Below are positions 37,608 through 51,064 of a stretch of 64,000 nucleotides of DNA, piece after piece. This DNA is from Plasmodiophora brassicae (Eukaryota). Position 1 is the stretch's first letter. Each line of letters opens with the position of its first letter. The stretch lies in the NCBI GenBank assembly GCA_036867785.1, contig CP145421.1, positions 496,001 to 560,000 of the forward strand. The letters are read 5' to 3'. The translations under genes were made by a program, and so were the position numbers. The notes under the pieces are model-generated. The model did no database searches. It was not told the DNA's origin and saw only the letters and a program-made list of their open reading frames with translations.

Positions 37608-39170
37608 ATGATGACGCCGGCGAAATGGGCGTCATCGTGGACCCGTGGCCTGATCAAGGGCCTGTCCCGGCACGTCCCACGATCGACGCGTGGCGGCCGC
37701 CTGATGGAGTCGGTGAAGGCGGCCGACGCGCCCCAGCTCAATGCGATCGCGTGCAGCACTGCCATGCGACGCTACGTCCTGCAGGTGAACAGGTCCATGT
37801 TCGGGCCACGGTTACGGTGCGTTCCTTGCTGCCCGTGCTGTCGCGCCCAATGCTAAGTCTGTTATGGCGCAGACGTGAATTCCTGGACGTTGTCGTTCGT
37901 GAGCGCGTCCAGGAACTGAACCTGGAGTCGAAGTTGGCGCTGGCCACGAACCTATCGCCAAAGTCGGCCAACGACCGCGCTGTGTACGTTGCACGGATTC
38001 GGTTTCGCCTCGTTTGCCGATTGTATCGCGCTGCATAGGCTAAAGACTCTCCTGTTGAGCACGTCGGGCCATGAACTGACGTGTCTCAAGCGCGGCATAG
38101 ACCTTAGCCAGCGGTACACCGTTGTCGATTGCGCCCGACTGTTCGAACCGGTTCGCAATGCCGTCTGCATGCCGGATACGCCCGGCGTCTCATTGTCGTC
38201 ACCGTGCAGGACGACCTGGAACAAATCTTCGATCACATCTCGAAACAGGAGACCGCTCCTGAAGACGAAAGGCCGATTCTGGCGATTTCCGATATCGACG
38301 ACACGCTCTACGCCTCCATCCACGACCGTAGCTTTCCGGCCAGGGTTCTGTATCCCGGAATGACCACGTTCCTTCGGGCGCTTGCTCAGCGGCCTGGTGG
38401 AGGCGTTGTTTTCCTTACCGCTCGACCTCGCGCTGTGACACTCTTCACCCACAAGCAGCTGGAACGTATGGGCGTGGAGACGTCGACCGTAGTGTCCGGC
38501 TCATTCTTCCATCTGGCCTCACACGCGCAGATGGCCGCGTTGAAGTTTGAATCGTTCACGTCGTTGGAGAAGTTTTATCCCGAATTCAGGTGATATGTCT
38601 GTTACTAGACGTCGTCAGTTGTGCTCACCGCGGATGTAGGTTCGTCTTTGTTGGGGACAGCGGGCAGGGCGACGTCCGACTCGCCGAAATGATGCTGAAG
38701 TCGAGTAGTCACGTAAAACTCGTTTTGATTCACGATGTCGTCAGCAAGCAGAACGTGTACAAGACGCCTGCCGACAAGTATCCGATAACGTCATCCTTTG
38801 CACATGTTTCAGGGACTGATGTATTAAATTTGCAGGCGAGCACAGCTGAGGTCCTCTGCCATCCTTGTGTTCGATAGGTACTTCTTCTTTCAGGTGCCGC
38901 GTGTCCTTTGCTAACCTATGCTGTCTGCAATAGTTACCTGGAGGCTGCCGTCGAATCGCTTAAGGCCGGGCTAATTGATCGTTCGTCGGTAGTTGAAATC
39001 CAAGAGGTGATTCAGCACGAGCTGGCCCGCTGCAAGCCGATGAAGGTCAGCAGCGGCTGTTTGCCTTCACAAGGAATTGAGCAGTAATTGTTCGATGGCA
39101 GGACGGGTTCCTAGAAGCACGTCTCCAAGAATTTGACAGGGCGAAGCAGTTAGCCAAAGACTATGTGTGA
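37608..39170 (+). CDS. App1-like phosphatidate phosphatase (HAD fold), multi-exon
   Basis: ISDIDDTL (DxDxT), LYPGM, VFLTARP, FVFVGDSGQGD. Confidence 0.8.
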
Positions 39171-39251
39171 CGTGGTTCGTCACAAGTCCTATAATTGTCT
39201 TAACTCATTGGGTAAACTTGCATTCATGTTTAATGGTGTGGTCGAAGTTTG

Positions 39252-40031
39252 TCAGGCGGCTGCCTTGTCTAGCTGGAGGACGTACTTAACGAAGCCGTTC
39301 AAGTGTTCAATGCCAACCTGCCGGCGCCTCCCTGCTGGCTCCTGTCTGCTTGGGATGATGTACTTGGGCAGATCGGTCTCTTCATCATTCTGGACCGAGC
39401 ACCCAGCAAACAAAGCGATCGTCTCGTCGGCCGAATCCGAACCTCCACAGAATAAGACGCACATCACGCGATGACGTGTTCGAGCACCCACATACCGAGA
39501 AACTGACTCGCATACGATATGTCGAGCCTCGAAAACGCTTCCGACAAGAATCGGATCAGACGTTCGCGAACGGCCACTATTGTCCACGTCAAACGCTTGA
39601 CACGGCAACCATTTCCATCCACCAACATGTCATATCGTTGATCATTGGGCGAAGGTCGTCGTCCCACGACATCGAACTCTGTTCGCTCCAGAACTGGGAC
39701 AGCATTAATCAGAACGCGCCCCAGTTGTGACGGCGACAAGCAATTTCACATTGGCGAACTCGCGCTTATGCAAACACGCCGCCAGGGTGTGCACCTGCAT
39801 CAGTTCTTTCACCGACCGGACGTCCTTTGGGGCACGCGCCCAGAGCAACTTGAACTGCAGGACCTCGTTGCGAATCAGGCAGATGACGGCGTGCTGCAGG
39901 TAGAACGCCGCCGCCTGGTCCCTATCCATCTGCGGCCACTGTCACCCTCCCGACCCCGGCTGAACGGGGCTGCATACCGATGGATCCAGCTCCGCCTCGT
40001 AGCATCGGTCCAGCGCGGCATCGTAGTCCAT
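39252..40031 (-). CDS. CSN8: COP9 signalosome subunit 8-like (CSN8/PSMD8/eIF3K family), multi-exon; start approximate
   Basis: CYEAELD, KLLWARAP, VRERLIRFLSEAFSRL, and C-terminal HLNGFVKYVLQLD. Confidence 0.72.
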
Positions 40032-40340
40032 GATCGGCCGCATCACCTACAGCGCGCCTGACTGCGTACGTACCAGCGGCAGCGCCACGATATCTATAGT
40101 CAACCCAAGTGCCCACGAACCTGCGTCAAACAAGCATTGGCCGACGCCGTCTTGTTTCACAATTTGCGTTGGCGCCGTCCATGTAGAGGAGCGGTACCTT
40201 TCAGCACTGTCGAAACGAACAACGTTGACGTTGCCGGGTGGTCCACGTCCCGTGTCGGGTTTCCGTTGAATGTTTTGGAGGGAGACAGCGCCAGAACTGC
40301 AGCTGACGGAGTTCGGCGAAGGGTTCGTTCGTCGCCGGTC

Positions 40341-41253
40341 ATGAGCGGTGGCGGGCCCTGTTGTGGCATCGGCGGCGTCCACTCACACATCGGTTCAGTG
40401 CATCGCCGTGGTGGTGAGTGCACGCGTGCCTGACACTGCATGTAGAGTCCGCTGTCGCGGGCGAGACGCTTCTGGTACAGCTTGCGTCCGCCGCCGGGCG
40501 ACAGTTACCGGGTGACCTAACGTCCCGCGCAGGGATGCATTGATATCGAAGGTGTCGTGTGCCTGAACGAACGCGTTCCGGATTCGGGGCGTAACGTGTT
40601 CCGCGCCTGGGAGACGCGGGACGAGATGTCGGCGGCAGCTCTTCTGGAGAGCGATGACGACGATCCCGAACTGCTTCTCTATGTGCCATTCACCCAGCAG
40701 GTTCGCCTTCGTAACATTACAGTCATCGGTGGCACTCCATCTACGTCCCCCAGCTCCGTTCGCCTGTCGGTATCGTCTATTGCGATATGCCTGCTTAGTT
40801 GACTGCTGACTAGGTCGTGTGTAGGTTCGCGAATCGCGACGACCTCGACTTCTCGACGGTCGCTGAGCTCACGCCTCTTCAGGTCATTGAACTTGTCGCC
40901 GATCCTTCCCGTGCGTCCAATGTCGAGTATCCTGTCAAGTCTGTCCGGTTTCGCCGCAGGTTCTTCTTGGGACTTAGCGGGATGTGCTGCCAGGCCTCAG
41001 AAATTCTTTAACGTCAGCAGCGTTACGATGCACTTCCCTGCGTCGTATGGTGGCGACAACACCCAGATCCGCTAGTACGTCGACTGAAATCATCCCCACT
41101 GGACTTGTCGACTGACAGCGTCTGCACAGCATTTGTTTCAGGGGTGAAGCGACTCAGAACCGGCGTGGCATTGTCGATGCCCGTTACGAGGCGACCGCCA
41201 TCCCGACGGATCACGAGAAGGCCGAAGACTTTGTCGCGCCTAGCATTCTGTGA
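40341..41253 (+). CDS. PITHD1: PITH domain-containing protein 1, multi-exon
   Basis: VVCLNE..SGRNVFRAW, LESDDDDPELLLYVPFT..VRL, LDF, EYPVK|..KFFNVSSVT, I...YE. Confidence 0.88.
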
Positions 41254-41354
41254 TACGCTTTCTCCGGTCAATCTGCTTCTAAACGAACGTTCACCATGGT
41301 CCACTTCCTCACGGTTGCTGTCTCCTTCAGTGCTCAGATGGTGGAATTAGCTGG

Positions 41355-44300
41355 CTAGGCTTCTTTACTGGTTGCTTTGGAGCCCTTGACCTTGTGGACT
41401 AGCTTCTTCAGGCCCGTAATGTGGTTAAGCTTGCCCAATGGCGTGAGTAGCCTGGTGGTGATGAAATCCTCGATTCGCGTATCGAGCTCGACGTACGGGT
41501 TCGGGATCTTCATGACGGCAATCGCCGCCAGGCCTTCTATGAACTCGTCGTAGACCAGCTCGGTGTGCACGTCGGCCGCCTCATCCTCCTCCATGCGCTG
41601 GATGTTGTTGAAGATCACGCCGACGTGCGACAGCGAGAACGTCGCGTCCACCCAGGCGCACTCCTTGACGAGCAGATGAAAATTCGTCATGCTGATCGTG
41701 TCGTCCTTGATCCACGACTTCTCCCGCCTCTCGCTCTTCTTCGGGTTCTTGCCTCCCGATGCTGTCCGACGTCAGGGGAAACGCCCACCACGAAGCCACA
41801 GGTCACGTACCGTAATATCGGAAGATGCATTTCAAGCAGGATCGGTAACGGTCGAACACATCCCTGACCTTCACCGAGCAAATGTCCTCACGGAAGCGTT
41901 CCGATCGCATGGCGTTCTTCAACACGTAGTTTTCCATCAGCATCTGCAGGCGGTCTGCGACCGACATCGGCTTGGCGAACTTGCGGACGGCCAACCGCAC
42001 CAGACATTCGACGAATTCCCGGGGGACCAGCTCCTCGTCGGGGTTCTCGACATCGTCGATCACGTCATCGTCGTCGGCGGCCTGCGCGCCCGCGCCGGCA
42101 TCGTCGGGCGCTGCAGGGGCCTCCGCCTCGACGCTGGCGTCGGAATTCGCCAACTGGAAGATGCGCTCCACCTGTGCAGGGGCACACGCACTGTGGTGAA
42201 CCTTCACTGCACGCAACCCAGCCACGGTCGCCGACCTGTGGCATCTTCAGCGTCTTGCCGACGAGCTTGGCGTCCTGGACGAACTTGACGAACTCGTTCA
42301 GGGACATGGTGCTGCCGACGCCTTCGGCGGCGGCATAGTGCCTGAAGATCTTGCGGTTGGCGACGGCGTACTTGTCCAGGAGGACCTGGACCCTGGCGAT
42401 CTCCTCCTGTGCCGACAGCACCTGCGGGACCAGCTCCTCGTACTTCCATCGCACAATCGTCCTGTACTGCGCCAGGTCCATGTTCTCCCGGGCGTCGTTC
42501 ACGACGATCGGGTCGCCGCGCATACGCGCCGCTAGCATCGTCATGGCCATCCCGGCCACCTTCGAGACGATCGCCTCCCATAGCCGGTGACGACTGTGCA
42601 ACTTCTGCACGGCGTCGCCGACCATTGTCACGGCTTCGTTCACCGATGTCGAGAACGCGGCCAGCTCGTCGGGCGTCTTGCCCTTCCTCGACCGGCGAAG
42701 CTTCTCCCAGCGGTGAATCGTGGCGTCCAGCGCGACCAGCTCCTCGTTGATGACCTGCTTCCTAGGGTGCACACCTGGGAACAGGGCCATCAGCCTCGCC
42801 AGCAAGACGAACGTCAGGTCGGCTTTGTTCTCGAACACGTCGGCGGTCACGGCAAGTGGGCCATCGTTCGCCCCAACGTCGGCGGCCGCTGCCAGTGCAT
42901 CTCGTAGGCGTTCGCGCGGGTCGGGATCCTCCAGCGAATGCAGCGTAATGACGGTGGGCGCCGCCAGGTTCAGCAGGAAGATCAGCGTCGTCCCGCTCTG
43001 GAACGATATCGACAGGTCATCGACGGGTCGAACGCGCTCGTCCTTGATGTGACGCAGACGGTGATTCACCCAGCGGAGGACGAGGTCCTCGGGGACCAGC
43101 GCCAGAAGGTTCGCCTCGCTGAACGTTTCTTCGCCGGGCGCGAGCAGCATGAACGCATCGCAGAGCGCTTCCGACTGGAACGTCGCGACCAGCTCTTCCC
43201 GTGCGGCGCGCAGGCGCTCGCCGATCGCGGCGATCGTGAACCGGAAGTACTCGACCTGGAACGCGGCCATGGCCGTCTTCATGTTGCTGACGACCTCGTC
43301 GGTCGACATGGCGAGCTGGCCGCGCAGCGCCTCGTTGTCGGCCTCGCTGACGGCCAGGCGCCCGGCGATCGCCACCAGCGACTGCTTCTGGACGTCGCGC
43401 TCCTCGACGAGCGCTTCGACGCGCGCCTCGAGCTGCTGCTGCATCTCACGGTGCCGCGCCTGCAGCGCGCGCAGCTTCACGCCCAGGCTCTTCGTCGTGA
43501 CCGCCTTCCACCGCAGGAACTGCACCGTGGCCCACAGTCAGAGAGACACGCCGCGCGGCCTGCATCGCCCTGTCCCGCGATATGCATATACCAGTTCTTT
43601 CTGCATGTTCGACTTGCGGAAGTATTTCTGCGGGGAACACGGGCGCGCGCGATGAGGAACCATGGGGGCATGTGCGGGCCACAATGGCGTACCGAGAGGC
43701 GCTTGAACTTGTCCTTGCGGCCGCCGACGTACATGCGCCATTGGCGGAAAGACGACACGAGGATCGACGACGACCACTTGTTGACGATCTTGTCGAGGTT
43801 GGCGACGGCCGTCTCCGCGCGCGCCTTCCGGATCTCAATCTCGTTCTGCAGGCGCGCGATCTCGTTCTGCTTGTCGTCGGCGACCTTCTTCATGTGACGA
43901 GTCTCCACGTAGAACGGGGTGCCCTGGAACACGTCGAAGGTTCCCGGTTGGTAGTCGCGGTAGATGGACCTGTAGATCTCCAGGGAGATCATCTCGAAGG
44001 CGTCGCGGAACCCGCCCATGCACGTGGCCAGTTTCCGCATCATGTCGCAGCAAACGGCGGTCCGGAACGCGTTCGGCATGGGCACGTTCCTGGTCGCATG
44101 GCGGACCTCCCGCATCTTGATCTCGATGTAGACGGCCAGTGACGTGAACATGGTGCTCTCGTCATGGTACGATTTCAGCCAGTCGCGCAGGCAGGCGCCC
44201 GTCAGCTCGCCGTCCTCGTCGTCGAGCGCCTCGATCTCCTTGGAGATGTCGGGACCGTCCAGCGGCCGGAATCGGCCACCGCTGACCACATGCCGGGCCG

Positions 44301-44858
44301 AGGCGTGCCCCGATGATCCTGTACGAACCGTCTCCCAATGCACCAGGTCCAGTTGGCCTGCCGCCGGCATCAGGGACCGAGAAGGACGCTGGCGAGTTTC
44401 GCAAACGCACCTTCGATACGCTTAGGCGTCATCGGGACCCTGGCAGCTTCGTTTTCCAGGTCCTGTTGCTGCTGGTGCAGGCCGAGCTTGATCTGGTCGA
44501 GAAGACGATGTCCGGCCGCGATGGGTGCCGTGTTGGGTCGGCGGTCCGTATCGGGCCGGGGCGTCCGTCGCGGTCGTCGCGACGGACGAGGAGTCGCCGA
44601 CGCCGGCGTCTGCGATCCGATGCCCAGACTGGCGTCATCCGGAGCGTTCGACAACGGGCGCGCATCGAGAACAGAGATGCCCCATGGCGGGGCACCGGAA
44701 CTTCGCAATCCGGTCTGGGGTCGCCGCACCAGATAACGATGCCGGCGCGGTGTCGGCGCCTTTGGCGACAGCGACCGGCCGGGCGGGATCTGAACCTGTA
44801 GGTCGTTGACGGTTGCCGCGTTCGCCTGCCGTTCGCCTTCCTGTCGCACATGGCGCAT
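41355..44858 (-). CDS. Large cytoskeletal/flagellar-type protein: coiled coil, calponin-homology domain, degenerate EF-hand-like C-terminus; multi-exon
   Basis: PEDLVLRWVNHRL...SFQSGTTLIFLLNLAAP (CH). Two repeats of KxIFRxY...MS..F...xFxExL. Confidence 0.65.
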
Positions 44859-44955
44859 GGCGGACGTCTATTAGGCCGAGCGAGGGATCGGTCGGTACCG
44901 CCAGAAAGGGGGGAACGCTACCTAGCCCCGTGTATGTAGGTATACGATAGGCGTG

Positions 44956-45586
44956 CTAGGGGGCCGCCAGGTCGTAGATCGACATTTGAATCTGGCGGTG
45001 CTCGAACCCGACCTTCTCGTAGAACTGCTTCAGCTCTGGTTTGCAGTCCAGAATCACCTACATTCAGGACCGTAAGGCACGCCTGCAGCATAAGGGTACC
45101 CTCCTGATATGCCTTATAGCATCCAGCTGCGAATGCCCATTTGACGCAGCTGTCGACAACGCGATGACCAAGCCTACGCGCAGACGTCCCATCACGTCAG
45201 CAATTCGAACAGCATGTCGTGGCCCGTGCGTACCTCTTGCCTCGGTAGTCGGAACTCGTAACAACGTCTTCAATATGGCCAACCTGGCGGGGTACCACAT
45301 CGTTAATGCCAAGGGCGGACCGTGCGGCAAGTCGCAGCACCTTTCCGCAGGAGTGGATGAATTTACGTTCGACGAAAACAGTGGCGCTGGCGATAACCTT
45401 GCTGATTGACGTGTCCTCGATAACGACGGTCTTGTACGAACCCCTGTCCATGGCGCTGAACTGGGCAGAGAACGCGGCGAAGTCGACATCGCCGACATCG
45501 GTCAACTGTTGCAGGAGGGCAATGTACCCCTTGTTGAAGTCGCCCGGTTCGAGATCCCGCAGGCGCAACGATGTGCCGTCATCCAT
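44956..45586 (-). CDS. GNA1: Glucosamine-6-phosphate N-acetyltransferase
   Basis: LRDLEPGDFNKGYIALLQQLT, ERKFIHSCGK|VGHIEDVV, CYK|VILDC, FYEKVGF. Confidence 0.93.
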
Positions 45587-45925
45587 CGTCCGTGTCTCAG
45601 GTTGCGACCCAGCCGGGCAACAACCAGATCGTATACTACTTACGTTCGGACTGTCAGCAGTCACACAGGCTAACTGTTCGTTCATTTTACTATACGCAGG
45701 CGTTGCCCGCCGATGTAGGACCCAGTAACATCTGCCATTTACAGGCAGAGCGGAATAGAAGATGTATGGCATATATACTACCGGACATGCCGATCTTAGG
45801 CAGCCAGGTCCTTGTTATGCCAATAGACGACGACAAGGCCGTTTGTTTGCTACTGGACGCACACTGAAAGACACGCTCACAACCTCGAGGAACCATGAAA
45901 CGATATAGATACAGACGGTATAATG

Positions 45926-47826
45926 TTAATCAAGTACAACTGGGCAATCGAAACTCGACCCGATCACCGCGGCATCAGCAAGGTCGCTCAGCACAACCGC
46001 ATCGTTCGATCCATCATCGGCGAGCGGCTGTGTGCCGTTTTCAGCCATAATCTTACGCCGCTTGTTCAGGCGCTCCAGCTGAGCCTCTTGGCGCTTCTTC
46101 TCCGCCTCCGGATCAACGTACTCAATGGAGCCATCAACATGGATATTCGCTAATTAACAGTCAATCCAAACAGACTCGCGCGACATAAGTAGGGACACCC
46201 ACCTTGTTCTATATCAGGGCCCGCGCCAGCAAGAACTTTGGCAAAGAAGGAATCGACTCGTAAGGTTTCGACTAACGGCACATCAATGAGTGGCGGCGGG
46301 CCGAATTCGATGATGGTTCGAGACACACCGTTCGTCGGCTGCTTGCAGACGGGACATGACCACTTCCTGTATTGCTTGCCGAACATGAGCATGGCTTCGA
46401 GATCGAAGCATTGTAGATGTTTGCAATGGATGCTCCTAACAGGAACCTGTTCACGCGCGCAATTAGAGCAGAAACCTATCGATACACGCGCAGAAGAACC
46501 TTCATGCGAGCCATCGACAGAGGGCACCGCAGACACACCAGCATATTCGAATCACAGACGTCGTCGTCCTCTGAATGGGGACCTCCGGAAGACTGGCTTC
46601 CGACAAGTTGATTCTCAAGCATGCCTTTCCCCTTGATCTTCTCTGCAATTTCTTCGATAGAGGTGACACTGACCACTTGCACCACCATGATCCCCGTCAT
46701 GACCGACGACGACATCACGAGATGCTGAATAATAGGATTTCGAACCATACTGGTAAGGTCGACAGGCTCGACATCAACAGGCCTCAACGGGTTCTCATAG
46801 ATATACTGCCAGAAATCAATCATATGCATCCGCAATAGACAGGAGGCAACGCGTACCCGTGGAACGCCGACGACGACCCCGTTTAGTCGAATGACGATTC
46901 TGGTGTCGATTTTGTCGTATCTGTTCATGGTCGGACAGAACCGTCTACAATCATCGGCATCAGAGCTTGGCACAGACGTCATCCAGGTTACCAATATACG
47001 ATCACCTAAGGACGACCTTCTTTTTACCAGATGCGATTCCGGATAACATATCCGTCGTTGCATTGAACGACAATTTCGTGACCTCATGGATTCGGAGGAA
47101 CCCGAGCGCGAGGACGACCGGTTCCTGATGGAAGATGCCGCAGACGCGGAACGTTGGCAGTTCCTGAATCTGTTTCAGAATATCGGCTTCGCCTACTCAA
47201 ACAGTCAGACCATGAGAAACGCAGTGACAGTGCATCCCCATGCCACCCGTTGCATCAATCTGGTTAGAGGACTTGATTGGATAGCACGTGCACGTCTTGT
47301 TGGGAACGGTAATGAAACGTGTGCCGATGACTGAAGGAGATTCCCGATTTCGTGGATGCGCTTCACAGGGTTTCGCAATCCCACAGAGATACGCGTGCAG
47401 GCCTGTCGTAATCGTTTAGACACGCGATCGGAGCATAATGAGGGGACGCGCCACGTACCATCAATGAGCACCTGCTTCCTGCCGTACGCGGGGAGGCCGT
47501 GGAAGCCGACCCTACTCATGTAGAGACGATCCCTGATAAACTTGATGATTGCTCGCAGCTCGTCAACTCTGAAACCATAAAACTCGCGATTCCTGAAACG
47601 TTCCACGAAATCGGGTGCCCGGTTCGCATACTACAGCAAAGGGTCGCAGTCAGGACTGGAGCGACGTCCGATCCAGCGACCGGCGCGACTCGATCCTTAC
47701 CACGGGAAGGACCTGGCTCATCATGACGATCTCGCTGACGGTGAGATCGTATCGGGGCGTGGCCGACACGGCCCGCTGTGCGGCGGCTGCGTACGGTGAC
47801 GCTGGCACCGGCGCCGGCGCTTGCAT
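45926..47826 (-). CDS. SIZ/PIAS-type SUMO E3 ligase (SP-RING), multi-exon
   Basis: SAP-like FRVDELR...GRKQVLID; LRCPLSMARMK|VPVRSIHCKHLQCFDL...WSCPVC; SIM-like VVLSD near the C-terminus. Confidence 0.85.
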
Positions 47827-48496
47827 TCCGCCAGCATACGACCCACCACGCACAGCTTCGGCGCAGTAGATGCACATTTTACGCAGTTTTGTCGGTGGGC
47901 TGGGCTGGCTGCGCCCTATAGGCCCTATGATTGTAGCGCACGCACCGCCTGCAACGGAAAAGGCCGCAAGCAGCTCCGAAGACTCCACTCGTGGCACGAC
48001 TAAAACCCGACATCGGGAATCCGGTGGACGACAACGTAGTACGTTCAGACGGGCATTCCGCTTGTGATCGTCTTTCATCAACGACAACTTAATATACGTC
48101 GTACGCGCACGAGTCGGACAGCGTCGCAGTAGGCGACCATTCTGCTCGGCAAGGTTCGCCAAAGGGTTGATGAAGGAAGTTACTTTCTGTAAGTCTGAAA
48201 ATCGAAGTCCACTCGACATGCAGGTCTCATGATGTGTGCAGTGAAATCGGCAAAGCAAACCAGTACGGATATGAAGAGGATTCGGACGGTGTGACAACTG
48301 AGTCGGAGAACTCAAGCCCGAGTCCGACCAGGCGGGCGAAAGCCGCCCACCTGGTAACTGAACTGGGGGTACCTACGCCCCTGGACCCAGTAGCCTGCGA
48401 ACTGCGTTCGAAGCCTGTGGCAGGACGATTGATGGATTACGGTGCGCTGCCATTGGGAGCCCCGCCGAACCTAAGACGTTCTGCAATGTTTATAGT

Positions 48497-48902
48497 CTAC
48501 AGCTCAGCCTTCTCTACGAGATCCTCTTGTCGAACCCGGTTTCGCTTCCCGATTTTCTGCAACGTCCGTTCCTGCTCTTCCGGCGTCAATTTGTTCCAGT
48601 TCGTGATTCGCCTCATCGTGCCTGACCAGAATTATTACTAAAGCGTAGCCGCAAATGCATAACACGCACCATCTGGGTTGACCACAATCGGGCCCAAGGA
48701 ATCCAGCTTGACGGCTTCTCCGCCTAGCTCTATCACCGGGAACTCACCACCTCCATCAGCTTTGTCAGGCAAGGCAGGCACTTCTACAGCAGCCTGTCGA
48801 CATCAGCGTATCGCCATCTAGCAAACGACACCGCATGCCTTCTGAATCGTCAGACGCCGCAAGGGCAGCTAGCACGACCACAAGCAGACGTGTGATCAGC
48901 AT
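48497..48902 (-). CDS. Small conserved hypothetical protein (~100 aa, 3 exons) with signal-peptide-like N-terminus; absent from the ORF track
   Basis: VKLDSLGPIVVNPDG|TMRRITNWNKLTPEEQERTLQKIGKRN, a motif family I recall from fungi and protists. Putative exon 1 is MLITRLLVVVLAALAASDD. Confidence 0.7.
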
Positions 48903-49498
48903 CGCCTTCGCACTCCGTACAGCAAATGACTGCTGGCCTTGTGCACTTTGGTGATGATGGTGTCTTCACTCTTCAGAAGACGTGAAGTTTTCTGGAAGAA
49001 CGCCTTTCCGCGGCGAGCAGGAGTCGACGACGTTGTCGCGCTGTCTTCCATTTTATTGCCATCATCAAATCCGTTCCAGATCTGTCCAAATCTGCTACGG
49101 GTTTAAAGGTAATCCATATCTTGCAACGAGTGGGGTGCAGTTTCTCGGTAATTATCTGCAGATTTACGGCCATATATGGATATGGATCACCGGTGGAGAT
49201 GCTCTTAAATGCTGAGCAGCTCTATAGCTAGACGACGTCGACATATTGGCCGTCGATTGAGAAGACCTGCTGCAGGAAACAGGGCGCTCGGGTATGTGTT
49301 CGGACCGGGTCGACAGTGGCATGGCCGAAAACGAAGCATTGCAATGGACGACGTATCGCGATCTGGGAGATGACAGAAGGTCGAGCCGCTGCTCAGATAT
49401 TTGCTATAAACCTGCCGGGCGCAATCTCGATCGAGATAGTAGGTAAGCCGCGAGCCTGCCGTTGGATATTTCATACGGGAATCGTAGCCGCTGCTGCG

Positions 49499-50728
49499 AT
49501 GACGCTGCTGCATGTGTGGACGCTCGCATTCTGGGTTGTATACGAGGGCGCCGACGCGCTGTCCTTCTCGAACGTCTACATCGGCAACCATGCCGAGCTG
49601 TTCGACTACACCCAGGACCGGCAAGTGATTCGCCCGATGTCGTTCACGACGGTGAAACAGTTCCTGGATCAATTGGGCTGGGTGCACTCCAAGGACGGCT
49701 GGTACCCTGGCTACCTATCCAGTGCGAACGTCGTCGATCCGGAGGGCCGTACGAACACCAGCGTTCTCCAAGTGACGTATGGGCCCGGGTACTTTGGCCA
49801 GTCGACGGCACTGGGCATCGCTGGATGGTACAGCGCCCCGGGGTACCCGTACTGGAACGTCACTCGCATGACCCTGGAATATGAAGTCTTCTTCCCGACC
49901 GGATTCATCTTCGTCAAGGAAGGAAAACTGCCTGGCATCTGGGGCGCTGATGGCATCTCGTCTACGACATTCGATTGCGGAGGCGGGTCGGTGAATCGCA
50001 GCAACCCGAATTGCTTCTCGACGCGACTGATGTGGCGAAACGCAACGGGGGCGGGTGCCGCCTACATTTACGCTGTCAACAACCAGGCGTACTGCCCGTC
50101 TCCTACGATATGTCCCAACAGTCAGGTCCTGACCTGCTGCGACCCGTCCTACGGCGACATTGTCGGCAGGAACTTCGCGTTGCTCACGGGGCAGTGGCAG
50201 AAGCTGGCGGTCATGGTCGACCTGCAAGACGGGCTTACACAAGTGATCCACAACGGTAAGGTCGTCATCAGCTATATCGTCAAATACGGGTCGATTCGCC
50301 TGTTCAACGGCATCAAGTTCGATACGTTCTTCGGCGGGGGCAGTTCCAGTTTCAGCAGCCCGACAACGCAGTACGCCTACTTTCGTAACTTCAAACTGTT
50401 CGTCGCCAGCACTTCACGATCGTACGGCCAAGTCAAGCGCGCGACATCGAAAACAGCGAACACACCCGCAAAGACATCCAGGAAGATCTTGGCGTCGGCA
50501 CAGACAACGAAGAAGACCCGTCCAGTGGCACCAGTGGCAAGTACCAGGAAGCGTTCCCATGTGGTTCGGAGCTCTAAGCGCACTGCGCCCGCCCAGATGC
50601 CCATGACCTCGAAGACGGAATCACCCAATGTACTGGCAGTCGGGTCTAACAGCGGTCGCCGGAACTTCCCGTCGACAACGAGCTACGTCCTCGTCCTGCT
50701 CGGCCTTGCCGTTATCTACTTGTTTTGA
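49499..50728 (+). CDS. Polysaccharide lyase family 14-like enzyme, copy B (short linker)
   Basis: Protein identical to copy A from IGNHAE to PTTQY; lacks most of the Lys-rich repeats. Confidence 0.82.
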   Translation: MTLLHVWTLAFWVVYEGADALSFSNVYIGNHAELFDYTQDRQVIRPMSFTTVKQFLDQLGWVHSKDGWYPGYLSSANVVDPEGRTNTSVLQVTYGPGYFGQSTALGIAGWYSAPGYPYWNVTRMTLEYEVFFPTGFIFVKEGKLPGIWGADGISSTTFDCGGGSVNRSNPNCFSTRLMWRNATGAGAAYIYAVNNQAYCPSPTICPNSQVLTCCDPSYGDIVGRNFALLTGQWQKLAVMVDLQDGLTQVIHNGKVVISYIVKYGSIRLFNGIKFDTFFGGGSSSFSSPTTQYAYFRNFKLFVASTSRSYGQVKRATSKTANTPAKTSRKILASAQTTKKTRPVAPVASTRKRSHVVRSSKRTAPAQMPMTSKTESPNVLAVGSNSGRRNFPSTTSYVLVLLGLAVIYLF

Positions 50729-51064
50729 AATTACAAATCATTTGTATTGTACTGGTAAACCTCGACCGAGTCACATGCAATATTGGCGCTCGGGGGACGT
50801 GCCGGATCGAATTGGGGAGTTGCCACTTGCGACACCTGGCCATGTACATAGGTAGCCCCGAACTCCGTTCGTAGATACCTAATATTTAAGGTCTCTGCCT
50901 CGCGCGATACCATTGTCGTCCAATTGGAGTACTAGACGCGGCACCCGGCAGCGTGCAGAATATTCTCGCCTTCGGTGTCCATTTGCCCCTGTGGGTGAGA
51001 GAGAAAGTCTGCCGTCGGGCGGCGTTTCCAAGAAAAATTCGACATTGGCCATCGACGCCGTGGG

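Larger units (their letters stand above)
34811..50862. repeat. Inverted segmental duplication: arms 34811-37063 and 48929-50862
   Basis: The arms align as reverse complements over ~560 bp of upstream DNA, the whole CDS and ~125 bp downstream. Confidence 0.95.
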
